Positions 52,111-64,000 of a stretch of 64,000 nt of DNA are shown one piece after another. Location of the stretch: positions 89,547,767-89,611,766 of the forward strand of contig NC_068982.1 in the NCBI RefSeq assembly GCF_001194135.2, in the 5' to 3' direction. This DNA comes from Octopus bimaculoides. Taxonomy: Eukaryota. Under the pieces are notes generated by a model that saw only the letters and a program-made list of their open reading frames with translations, was not told where the DNA came from and searched no databases. A program made the translations under genes and the position numbers. The stretch's first letter is position 1; each line of letters opens with the position of its first letter.

Positions 52111-53249
52111 AAATATTAGTTAAAGAATAAAAAGACTGGGTTAATGACTCAACATATCACACCCCCTCAATGAACATATATAAGAAATACAGCATAATCT
52201 GTCAAACACAAGGAATAAGAAGAAATAATAAATAAATAAAAATAGAGCATATAGTTTAAAATTTTTATACACGAATATATTGTTTCAACCGATAACATGG
52301 AACTGAAAAAAATCGAGTTAAAGGTATAAAGCAATACACGTGAATATCATTTCATAGAAGTTAAAAAAGTTAAAATTAATACAAATAAAAATTAATACGG
52401 AAGGAGTAAAAATTTCAAATATAATAACATATAATATAAGTCGATATAGTAAAATAAAATGACATGAAGAAATGAGGTACCATAAAGTAGTCTATCGGTT
52501 GAAAAAACAAGGACAGAAGTGATTTAACACCACTTAGAATTAAAGTTCAAAGTTCTTCAACTCCCTCGGGCACATTTCACATCTCAAAACCAGTAGACAC
52601 CAAAAGGCAAGTTCGCACCAATCCGGCACACACAAGAGCAAACAACAGGCACCCAGCAAGTATCAACAGGCAAAAGTTCAATTCCGCTCACCATATCAAA
52701 AAAGGTTCACCACACATGAGTCAAAAACAATTACAGCACACCGCAGGTATCCATCAATAAAAACAATTTCACGAATTTCATACAATACCTATGGCCATTT
52801 CGGAGGTACACCACTGTATTTCAAAACACAATAGAGTGTAAATTGGTGATGACCCCTCGTCAGGGTGAACACACGTACAAAGTTACAACATGCACAAGAT
52901 GAAAAAAAAAACTGATTTCTCTAAGGAGCAAATATATATAAAAATGGACCAGCCTATGTAAATAAGTGGAAGATTAAAAAAAAAAAGAAGAAAAAAAGTG
53001 CCATTTTAGAATAGCCAAACAGGCTGCAATATCAACACCAATCTACGAGGTTTCAAATCACCCTAACGTAAACTATTACACTTGTTATTTATTTTTATCT
53101 CTATAGTTTCAAGAAGAAAAACTTCTTGAAACTATAGAGATAAAAATAAATTTAAAAGTAATAACAAATGTAACAGTTTACGTTAGGGTGATTTGAAACC
53201 TCGTAGATTGGTTTTGATACTGCAGCCTGTTTGGCTATTCTAAAATGGC

Positions 53250-53286
<37 letters not shown>

Positions 53287-53851
53287 GAATCCTCCAATTA
53301 TTTACATAGGCTGGTCCATTTTGTTTATATATATTTGCTCTACTGGTTTTGAGATGTGAAATGTGCCCGAGGGAGTTGAAGAACTTTGAACTTTAATTCT
53401 AAGTGGTGCTAAATCACTTCTGTCCTTGTTTTTCCAACCGATAGACTACTTTATGGTACCTCATTTCTTCATGTCATTTTATTTTACTATATCGACTTAT
53501 ATTATATTATTATATTTGAAATTTTTACTCCTTCCGTATTAATTTTTATTAGTATTAATTTTAACTTTTTAACTTCTATGAAATGATATTCACGTGTATT
53601 GCTTTATATCTTTAACTCAATTTTTTTCAGTTCCATGTTATCGGTTGAAACAATATATTCTTGTATAAAAATTTTATACTATATGATATATTTTTATTTA
53701 TTTATTATTTCTTCTTGCATTATTTTTCTTGCGTTATTTCTTCTTATTCCTTATGTTTGACAGATTATGCTGTATTTCTTATATATGTTCATTGAGGGGG
53801 TATGATATGTTGAGTCGTTAACCCAGTCTTTTTATTTTTTAACTAATATTT
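52111..53851. repeat. 1.74-kb fold-back element with 5-nt spacer
   Basis: Arms 52111-53116 and 53122-53851 are reverse complements around AAAAA (53117-53121). Segment 52598-52927 is present only in the left arm. Confidence 0.92.
52787..52866 (-). ncRNA. Type I hammerhead-ribozyme-like motif with canonical core
   Basis: ACC-CTGACGA-GGGGTCATCACCA...TGGTGTACCTCC-GAAA-TGGCCAT-A-GGT: 3-bp stem I, G-C closing pair of stem II, perfect palindrome ATGGCCAT as stem III, AUA site. Confidence 0.7.
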
Positions 53852-56800
53852 TACTCTTGTCTCAATTATTCTGAGCACTTCTCCTTGCAGCCCTGTATAA
53901 AATCTATTGGTTTCCTAATAAGAAACCATTAATACTATATATATATATATAGTAAAATAAAAGTTAGGCAGGCAGTTGTTAATGACATGAAAGTATTTAT
54001 AAATTAGTTATACAGATGTGTGTATAAATACAATTAAGCAGAAAAACAGGAAACCAGTCCACAGTTGTTCTCATAAATAGGTAAAACACCTAGAGAGTTC
54101 ATACTCTGACATCATAGATAGATGGGAAAAGAATCCAGACAATCCTTTACAACTGTTTCTTAGGTTTGGTGATCAACAAGTGCAGTGGTGTGCATTATGC
54201 ATACAAAAACATGTAGTAAATTGGTGTTAGAAGATGTATATGAAATAGCACAAATTTAAGTTATAATGATAGTATATATTATTATGATGACACTATGAAA
54301 TTAATGTACTTGATTACTGAGCAAATGGTCATGAATTCAAACCTTATTTTTCCTCTAGACACAGTGTTTGATGCAGTGTACCTAACTGAAGAAAACAGAC
54401 ACTGCTCTGTACTCTATAGTGGGAAGAGCAGTAAAATTCAGTTGCATCAGCCACAAAACTACCTCATAGATGCAAGAAAATATAAAACAGATATAGATAC
54501 AAGCAGTTAAAAGATATAGAAAATAGTACATCTCTGACAATTCAATAACTTTTTCCTTACCAAATTCCAAACTGAAAGACACTACCTTTGTTTCAATTAA
54601 TTTTGAAAATAATGAAGAATTTAGTAAAATAGCTTTGTCATTATTAAGCTAGTGTTTATAAAATAAATCAATAAGAAATTTTGATGAAAGGTTCTTATTT
54701 AATTCACTTTGAACCAAGAAGTTTGCATTATAGGAACAAGAGCTGTCTGAGGCAGGTCGGTATCAAGAGGATTTAAATAGTTCTTATCCTGTCACTTTAA
54801 TTAAGTCCATAGTCAAGAAGCTTGTATTTAGGCACATACTTTTTATATTTTAACTAGCAGTCTTTGGCTGCTATCATTGGTGGTTTGCAGAGGAGATTTA
54901 AGCAAACCCTCACAGATTGTTAAATAACAATGATGCATGTTGTCAAAATGGACATCATTGGTTTAATTTCATGGTGACAATTTATAGATGTTTGTCTATA
55001 TATTATTTATTCTTAACTTAATTTCTATTTAGTAATTAGTTCTTAATAACCCAATCTATATAATGATGATAGATGTATTAAACTAAAATTCTGCAATTGA
55101 TGGGAATTCTACTGAAAAATTTACTAATTGATACATTTAATTGAAAAAAGTTAGGTAATTATCTCTCTTTATTACTCTGCAGCAATTGGACATATTCTTT
55201 TTGTTTCTTGCTTTCAAGAAATTGATGTTGTCAATTAAATTGACACCAGTAAATTACCTAATTGATCAGCCCATTCCTTCCTCTTTCACCTATCTTGGAG
55301 AACAAACAAGGAATCTCACTGGATATGCATAGACCCCATGGCTTGTACCTATACTCTCCTTCAAGCCATTTGATATTGACATCTTTCACCATTTATCTAT
55401 CTGCAGCTATTCATCACAGTTTCACTTCTGTTCTGTTCTGTTTTAAAAATGGAAATGAGTGGACCATTAGTCTTGTGAAGATGTAATGTGGTTGATGTTG
55501 GGAAAGGCATTCAACTGTAGAGACTAATCCAAAAATGAAACTTAGGTATGAGATGTGGTCCTGTGACCCATCTAACAAAGCATCAGTAATCTGTGCAGCC
55601 CATGTGAGTAATTGAAAGAAACATTAAGTGATAAGGATGGTGATGTTGATGATGATGATATTTATTCTATCAATCTCAGAGGAATAAAAAGAAAAGTTAA
55701 CTCTGCCAGAATGTTGGAAATGGCCAGAATACCATGTGTATTACCCATCTGTTATAGTAACCATGTGACTGGACTCTCATTTCAGTTGAAAACAGCCATT
55801 TTTCTGACTGCTAAATCAAGCAAATACATACACATCTTACATTTATAAGGATAATGATGATGGTGCTGTTGTTGTTGATGAAGAGGTTGATACATTTGTT
55901 CTAAAGATTATGCATTTGTACTGAGGATGCACTGAAGTGTGAAACTTATTTCAGTGAAGTTTGGGGAAACAGGAATTATTTAGTGAAATATCCTACAAAT
56001 TTTGAAATAATTGGAATTTGAGGAATTGGAAATGGAATATTTCCAAAAGACTTTTTTGAATGGAACAGTGATGTATGTAATCTTGAAATATTACTTTAAT
56101 GGCCTTCACAATAAATTACTAACCTTTGCTTCATATAACAAGTCAAAGAAATAACTCAACGAAAATTAATATAAAAATAGTAAAAGTAATAATGAATTCA
56201 TTTACCTAGACAACAGACAAATTTTATTGGAGAGAAGACAAAATCAACTCTAACACATTATTGGTGACTTTTGTTTCCGAGACTAGAAAGATCAAAAGAG
56301 AAGTCACCAAAGCAAAATTTGTTTTAAGTTTCTTGAAGGAGAAACCTAATATTCTAAGAATGTTGGTCTGGTCTGCTACTTTTTATTTTTATTTATAGAA
56401 TATACAGTAACAAAGGAAGGTAAGTGAAGAGGTAGATAGACAAAAAGGATTTTTTGGTATTTAGTTATGTTTCATTACATCCTGTGTTAAAATTCCACTG
56501 AGGTAGACTTTGTCTTTTATCCTTCCAATACAATAAGTACTAGTTGTTGTGTTGTTTAGCCTTTCCAATAAAATAAGCACTAGATGTTGTGTTGTTTAGC
56601 TGGTCTCTGATCCGAGGTATTCCAGTACTTTGCTGGTACTTTCTTTTATTGTCTCTAGAAGGCTGAAAGGCAAAGTGGACCCCAGTAGGATTGAACTCGA
56701 AGCATAAAGTGCCATAACTAAATAAGTTAAGATATTTTTGCCCAGTATTCTAAACAGTTTTGCAAATTCATTGAACATGATCTCAAATTTTGGGGAGGAA

Positions 56801-57823
56801 ATAATCAATCAATCGGCCCATTATTTGACAAGTACTATTTTATCAACCTTTAAAAGTGGGGAAAAACAAGACTGAACAGGGTGAGAATTAAACTCAAAAA
56901 GTAAAGGGATGTAACTAAATAAAACATTTAATTTACTGTCCTACTGATTCTGATACTCTATCACTACTACAAATATATATATGAACATAATATTGCAAAT
57001 TAGCAATCATTAGAGCATCAGATAATTTCTTTTTTTTTTTTTAATGTATAGCTATATTTTGATACATAACATTATTCATTCTGTTTATAAGACAAGCCAT
57101 ATACTAGTAATGATAATTATAGTTATTTTGAATGTCTGTGCAAGGCCAACAATTTTGAGAAGGGGACAGTTGATTACATTGTCCCAATGTCCCAGAGCTT
57201 ATCAAACCCAGCGAGATGAAAAGCAAAGTTACCCTCAGCAGGATTCAGAATCAGAACAAATACTGCAAGGAATTGTTTTCAACACTCTCTCAATTCTGCC
57301 AAACCAACCAACCAACCAAATAATAATAAGCTCACTATACGGTTAAGTTCCTGCCCTTGTGTGGTTCACTTATTCAGCTGTGCTGTGTAATACTACCACT
57401 TGACAGTGACTTTGACGGAAGCTACTATGTTGTAAGTAGTCAATTCAGGTCTTTGCTCTGAGGATGACTTCTCTTCATCCAGCCAGTCTTGGAGGCCTTG
57501 AAAAAGTCAAGGGCCCTACCTCAGCCTACCATACCACAATAATAATAATAATAATGATAATAATAATAATTATTATTGTTATTATGATAATGATGATAAT
57601 TCTTTCTACTACAAGCACAAGGATTGAATTTTTGGTGGGAGGAAACTAGTCAATTACATTGACCCCAGTGTTTTACTGGTACTTAATTTATTGACCCCCA
57701 AAAGGATAAGTGGCAAAGTTGGCGTCGACAGAATTTGAACTCAGAAGATGATGATAGGCGAAATACCGTTAAGCATTTCATCCAGCACATTAACAATTCT
57801 GCCAGTTTCCTACCTTAATAATA

Positions 57824-58345
57824 AATGCCCTGATGTCATACCAGGCACTGGTCACATGGCTTCTGATCTTAACTGATTGAAAGTGTTATCATGTACATGT
57901 TTTGTCTTGGCATAAAAGATGGGCTGCAGCAAATATTTTGCTCAATACCACAGATTTGTTTGTCAGCTTGTCAGTTGAGCATGTCTCTCAGAAGCTGACA
58001 TGTGCATCTCTGATCTCAAGCAGTTGTAGTGGGGGAGCATCATAGCCATGTGTTGAGAGGAATTCTTTGGGGTTTGAATTATTCAACTCTGGAAGCATGG
58101 GTGTCTCATTCAACATCCTTAAACAACCTTTATTCAAGGACCGTTTGAGTGGGATGGGCTTCTCAACCTGAAGAAAATTTTATCTGGGTTCCACCTGCAA
58201 GATCATGCTTTTTATCTTGGTATGAGATATGGTTGTGAAGCATGTGCCTGATGTACCCTTAGATGGGTAGTCATGATGGGTATATTGGGCTTTGTATATT
58301 TGTACTCCAGTGTCACTTTGATGGCATGCACTGCTCTCTCAGTCT
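57824..58345 (+). mobile_element. Interspersed retro-type repeat of about 520 nt ending in (AAT)n
   Basis: Second partial inverted copy at 1200-1470; simple-repeat tail. Confidence 0.6.
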
Positions 58346-58584
58346 ATGTTAATAATAATAATAATCCTTTTTACTACAGGCACAAGGCCTGAAATTTTGG
58401 GGGATGGGGAAAGTTGATCACATTGACTCCAGTACTTGACTGGTACTTAATTTATAAACTCTGAAAGGATAGAAGACAAGGTTGACCGTGGTGGAATTTG
58501 AACTCAGAATATAAAGATAGACAAAATGCTTCTTAGCATTCTGTCCAGTGTGCTAATGATTCTGCCATATATGTGTGTGTGTGT

Positions 58585-59002
58585 GTGTGAAATTGATAAT
58601 AAATATCATTTATGATAAAAATTTGTGGTTTCATTTTGATTACTGTACCAGTGACAGAAGGTAAAACTTCTCAATGCAATTCATCTGCATTTAGTGTCTC
58701 TGACTGTGATTCACTTTCACTCTATTTGTTGTTTTAGTTTCCTTCTACCAGCATGACCGACGTGAAACACATTTCATTTTATTACATGGAAGATGGGTGG
58801 GTGTCTGTGTGAGAGATTGATTAATACAATTTATGATAAAATCTTAGTTCCATTTTGATTAAAATACCTGCATCTTCAAAGCTCACAGCACTTCACCCGC
58901 ATTTTGCGTCTCTGACTGTCAGTCACTTCTACTCTGTTTGTTGTTTTAGCTCCCCTCTACCAGCAGGACTGACAGGACACATTGCATTTTATTATATGTA
59001 AG
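58585..59002. repeat. Diverged tandem duplication, unit about 215-220 nt
   Basis: Both units share ATTTATGATAAAA, CATTTTGATT, GTCTCTGACTGT, CACT...ACTCT.TTTGTTGTTTTAG, TCTACCAGCA and CATTTTATTA.AT. Confidence 0.8.
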
Positions 59003-59041
59003 TTATCAGAATTAAAGTAAATTTGCATTTGAAATACTCAC

Positions 59042-59194
59042 TTTTTTAATTGTAGTTTGATTATCAAAATCTTTTAATTTTTTGTTTTTTATTAAAATTT
59101 TGTACTTGAGTTGATTTGGAGATGGTAGTTGAGGATCATCACTGAAGTCACTGTCAAACAGATATTTTGTTACCAGTTTATCACCGAATGTGGA
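59042..59194 (-). CDS. PLCE1: Phospholipase C epsilon exon, C-terminal end of catalytic X box
   Basis: Acceptor ttttttctag, donor gtgagt, 153 nt, phase 0/0. Translates [51 protein letters not shown], matching the recalled PLC-epsilon X-box end ([38 protein letters not shown]). Confidence 0.95.
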
Positions 59195-59433
59195 CTAGAA
59201 AAAATAGAAATATGGAACATCATAAATATTAAACAATATATATCCAGTAACAGAATATCATTATTGACTAATATATTGTGACAAATCTATCCAACAGCAA
59301 ATTACTTGAAAGAAAATAAATTTTTATTGAAAATATTCATTGCTTTTTGCTTAGATGAAGGTCTGTGCTGGCTGAAATGTTGGTTTATAAACACATACAC
59401 ACACACATACACGCACACACATGCACACACGAA

Positions 59434-59639
59434 CTTCATTAGCTTACAGCTGTTTCTGCTATAAGATGCAGTCAGTGGACTCATAGTTGAGTGCCTGAAT
59501 AACACCCTATAGCTTCATCAGAGCCTCGAATATTAAGTACTTCATATTTGAGGCTCTGCTGAAGTTATGAGATGTTAATCAGGCACTCAACTATGAGTCC
59601 ACTGCATCTCATAGCAGAAACAGCTGCAAGCTAATGAAG
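59434..59639. repeat. Fold-back of about 205 nt made of two inverted hammerhead-like units
   Basis: Arms of about 97-100 nt around a 10-nt spacer (TAAGTACTTC). Confidence 0.88.
59441..59525 (-). ncRNA. Type I hammerhead-ribozyme-like motif
   Basis: GGCT-CTGATGA-A-GCTATAGGGTG...CATCTTATAGC-A-GAAA-CAGCTGT-A-AGCT: palindrome ACAGCTGT as stem III, GUA site, 11-bp stem II behind an A.A mismatch. Confidence 0.6.
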
Positions 59640-59644
59640 TAGAT

Positions 59645-59682
<38 letters not shown>

Positions 59683-60269
59683 AACCATAAAAGGAGGTAT
59701 GAGAGGTGAATATATATTCATTTAAATATGTAACCTCTTTTGGATTACAGCTGTTTTGCAACCTTTTCTTATAGGATTAATTTCAGTGTAAATGAAATTA
59801 TGCTTGCATGTTTGCATTGTTGTGCATGCTTTGCATTATTAAATACAACTTTAGGAATTGAATCGTTAGTGTACCTATGATGTTCTGGTGATCTGATGAG
59901 CTAGCCTTATATATTTGCATGGATTTGTGAATATACAGTTGTATTGCATAATGCTGAGTATACATATTAAAGTAAAAATGTAAGCATAATTTCTTCTACA
60001 CTGAAATTAATACTACATGAAGAAGGTTGTGAGATAGCTCTAATCCTAAGGATGTGATGTGGTTAAATAAATATATACGGTCTTCTCATACCTCCTGACT
60101 TTTATGGCTATATACTCCTCATAAAATAATTTCATTGATCAGTTCTCCTGGATTTCAGCTGCATGAACACTCTACATTACACTTCCCTGTATTGGATTAA
60201 AATGTGGACTGTTAGCTGAGTCTGTAAGAGGAGCTTACTGTCGTAATAACTACATAATTCTCTGAATTC

Positions 60270-60674
60270 ATATATCTTTTAGCTTTTATCTTTTACTTGT
60301 TTCAGTGATTAGACTGCGACCATACTGGGGAACCACTTTAAAGAATTTTTAGTTGAATGAATTGACAACATACTTAGTTTCTTCCAAGCCTGATACTTAT
60401 CCTATTGGTCTCTTTTGCCAAACTGCTAACTTAAAGGAACATAAAAACACCAACACCAGTTGTCAAGTAAAACACCAGTTGACAGTAAAACACACACACA
60501 CACACATATATGGCGGGCTTCATTCAGTTACCACATACTAAATTCACTCACAAGGCTTTGGTCAGCCCAAGGCTATAATAGAAGGCACTTGCCTAAGGTG
60601 CTATGCAGTGAGACTGAACCTGGAACTGTGTGGTTGGGAAGCAAGCTTCTTACCACACAGCCATGCCTACACCT
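60270..60674 (-). mobile_element. Family A SINE
   Basis: Same head and tail as the other family A copies. Confidence 0.75.
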
Positions 60675-62629
60675 TTAAATACATGATGTAATGTCAGAAC
60701 AGTTAAAAAGTAAACAAACAGAAAGACAATGGTATGGTGTTACTTCACTACTCATAGGGAAAGAAAATATAATGGAGTGTCCTTGATATTTTGAATTTTA
60801 GCCTTTCTAAGCATTTTGCCCAGCCTGCTAACAATTCTGCTAATTTCCACCTTAAAATTGTTAAATATTAGCAGATAATATACATATTACCATGCTAGAA
60901 AATGGACAACTGAAGTAGGGATTTAAAGCAAAAGAGAGTTTGTATTTTAAAATGGTCAAAAGAGGGAAAGTGACTGAAGAGGAATGTGTGTGTGTGTGTG
61001 TGTGTGTGTGTTCAAGATATGTGCACAGAAATGTTTAACTGTTTAGCAACTAAGTAAAGAGAAAGCAACTTTATGTGTGTTCTATTAGTACAAATGTTAA
61101 GAGGGTAGCTGTTGATTGGTGTGTTAGTGAAGAGTGTGTTTTGGGTGTGATAGTGTACCATGTCCTTTTAAGTATCCGTATAAAGGGGAGCATATTTCTA
61201 TTTTTATTTTCTTTTGCATTTGTAAATTCATTTAGAGTTTTCAACCCTTAATTATTGAAATGAATTTCAAATTATGTTATATGAAATAGGTTTATATTTT
61301 GTTTCTTCCATGGTTAGTTTTTAAATATTTAGTCTCACACTTGTTTATTTGAAGGAATATGTTATTAAAAGTGTTTTAAAGTGGATGTGTTCTATGAAGA
61401 TTTTTCTTAAGATATAATTAATATAGGCTTGTATAAGATGAATAACTTTCTTGTTCTACTTGATGTAACAAGAGACATGGTCAATCTCCTCTACTTAGGT
61501 CTGCAAAAGCATTGCAGGCTTTTTAAATTGAAGAAATTGATGATGCTAATCTCTTGCACAAACTGTTACATGTCGACATCTGTAGGTTGAGATATACTAG
61601 ACAGTGGATGTTTTGAAGAGAAAAGACTGGACATAGTAGTTAGTGCACAGTCAGAGAGCTGAAGTAATGACAAGTGAGTTGGGAGTGCCTGTGTAGAGAT
61701 GCTACAAGACCAGGCAGAACTGAGTAGCTGGGGCCATTACAGTAGTAGCATGCCTATAGGCTAGAAGCTGAAGCATGTTTGTGAATGATTTTAAGCTAGT
61801 CATTTAAAAGGCTTTTTCTCAGAATGTGGTCTCACATTTCAGTGTCTGTGCTACAGCAACAACATCCTAAACGCGAGAGCAAAAAATACTTCATTTTGAG
61901 CCTTGTCTGATGGCTTGAATTCACACAACCATAAATGTATAAATTCACAGTTATTGTCTCTTTATACATTCAGATACAGGCAATAAGTGAATTCACTTTA
62001 TCCACACACCAGTGTTTAAAGTATTAAAACTAGGGAATATGTATAGATAAATCATTTAATGAAAAGACAAAAGTTCTCAAGTTTATGTTCTTCACGAACA
62101 TTCATAGTTTATACCTACTTTGCAGAAATTTTGTTGAAAATTAATTAAATACACATTTACCTGTGTATATATTAGTAATATTGTAGGAAATGACCCATTA
62201 TATAAATCTTCCTCAGTTAAAACACCTCAACATATGCACAGAATACTTGTGCAGGTAAGAATTCAATGCAGTACAACTGTATCGTGCAATATGGAGCAGG
62301 AATATTGGTGCAGATATGTAAAATGATTTATTATACACTGAAATTATTATTTCATGATGAAGGTTGCAAAATGACCATAATCTTATTGATATCAAGTGCT
62401 AAAATAAATATATTTACCTCTCATACTGTCTGGCTTTTTATGGTGTGTATGTGTGTGTGTGTGCATGTATTTTCTTATCTTGCCAAATTTTCTTCATCTG
62501 CTCTCTCTGGTCTTTCTTAAATTGTGTTGGATCTACGGCTTCATTCACTTTTAAGGTTCCCTGCATTTTCACTGCTTCAATCACTCCCCTTGATGTACAA
62601 AGCCAGGCTATTCTCCCCTTGATGTACAC

Positions 62630-64000
62630 CAGGGTCGTACACGCTCAGGCATGTAAGGTATGCGCTGCATGCTCTGTGATTTTTTTATCCATATCATCGG
62701 AAAATTAGATAAAATAGTTACTTTTGTTTCAAAGAAACTCCGTCCAGGTATTTTCTAAATATTCTTCCTCCCCTTCCCCCTCTCTCACTGACTCGTACGT
62801 CTGCTTTGAGAAGACCACGTGACACCCCCTCTCTGTCTCTTTGTTAGTGTAGAATTGTTGCTAACCTCGTTCCACTTTCTGACCCGAACAATAGCAATCC
62901 CATAATTCCTGAGTTAGCCAACTGAAATGTCGGAATAAACTGGCGGTAAGTTTGAATTTTTTTTTCATTCAAAATATTTGTTTGCACTAATATATTTTTG
63001 GAGTGTTTTGAATGCAAAAAATATTATCTATATTATATTTCTTATTTCAGAAGTAGCTAATTAATCTTAAATTAATTTGACTAACGTTATTTTTACGTTT
63101 TGTTGAAATTCACTCAGATGCAATTTACTCAGACGCTTACACGTGTGTTTTTATATAAAAGTAACCTTTTTCAAAATGAGTGTTATAAACGATATTTTGA
63201 GAAATAGTNNNNNNNNNNNNNNNNNNNNNNNNNNNNNNNNNNNNNNNNNNNNNNNNNNNNNNNNNNNNNNNNNNNNNNNNNNNNNNNNNNNNNNNNNNNN
63301 NNNNNNNNNNNNNNNNNNNNNNNNNNNNNNNNNNNNNNNNNNNNNNNNNNNNNNNNNNNNNNNNNNNNNNNNNNNNNNNNNNNNNNNNNNNNNNNNNNNN
63401 NNNNNNNNNNNNNNATTAATTATAAACGGTGGGAGACCAACACCGAATTTACCTAATTTGTGAAGCTACAACAAGAAATTCACGAGACAATTTCAGGTTA
63501 ATTTGTATGAAAAGAAAAAATGGGTAACTGGAAGTGCTACATTTAATAAATTATTCTCTTGGTCTTGTTTACGTTTTTGCTTAGAAAAGAATGTTTAGAA
63601 TGATAAAGGTTATGATGATTTAAATAATTTACATATGGCTATGCTAAAGCACGAGCGTTCTCAAAGGCATATAAAATCTTTGATAGATCTTAAAATATTC
63701 GTGATCTTGTTGAAGCTATGCCAGAACTCTTCAATCTATGTAAGTTGATTTTGACAATTCCGTCTACCACTGCTTCTGTAGAGCGATCCTTTTCTGTATT
63801 AAGTAGAGTCGAAATATACGAAAGAAATGCAACAGGAAAAAGAAGACTGTCTGGGTTAGCACTAATGTCAATTGAAAAAGATTTATTACAACAATTGACG
63901 AAAAGAGATTTCTACGACATATTTGCCCAGAAAGATCGAAGAATTGAATGAATTTATAAATGAGGTAAATAACATTTTAGAACATTAAAAAAAAACTTAA
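62630..64000 (+). mobile_element. Degenerate hAT-superfamily DNA transposon
   Basis: 63718-63951 encodes the hAT dimerization domain (LILTIPSTTASVERSFSVL...RRLSGLALMSIEKD). N-terminal remnant GRPTPNLPNL. Candidate left end CAGGGTCGTAC at 62630, preceded by ATGTACAC (central TA, as in many hAT target sites). The left end is tentative. Confidence 0.8.
63209..63414. other. Assembly gap (N run)
   Basis: 206 N. Confidence 1.

Noticed and set aside
56195-56283. Minus-strand acceptor/donor pair (tttctag ... ag|gtaaat)
   Set aside because: Stop codons in all three frames and no homology.
60200-60250. CTGTAAGAG-GAG...TCGTAA as another hammerhead
   Set aside because: Core and stem II are too degenerate.
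62438-62629. ORF containing KKDQREQMKKIWQ as a possible upstream X-box exon
   Set aside because: Does not match ENHCSxxQQxxMAxIF and runs into a (CA)n repeat without a donor; the upstream exon is probably beyond the window.

Overview
AT-rich, repeat-dense eukaryotic genomic DNA. The repeat families look like those of an octopus-type cephalopod (inference from recalled families), and there are three N gaps. The window is internal to one very large minus-strand gene, phospholipase C epsilon (PLCE1-like). Five coding exons join in frame: end of the catalytic X box (59042-59194), three X-Y linker/Y-start exons (51680-51788, 18774-18891, 13953-14134) and a Y-box exon (952-1090/1096). Two introns appear non-canonical: a GC donor at 51679 and a U12-type ATATCCTTT donor at 951. 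The introns are filled with tRNA-derived SINEs, RTE LINE fragments, two mariner relics, a hAT relic, piggyBac-like MITEs and microsatellites. The most unusual signals are several long fold-back elements, three unrelated repeats each carrying a minimal type I hammerhead-ribozyme-like motif with a palindromic stem III (Penelope-like style), and multimeric SINE insertions bounded by single 14-bp target-site duplications. All alignments and translations were done by eye. Transposon fragment ends are approximate.
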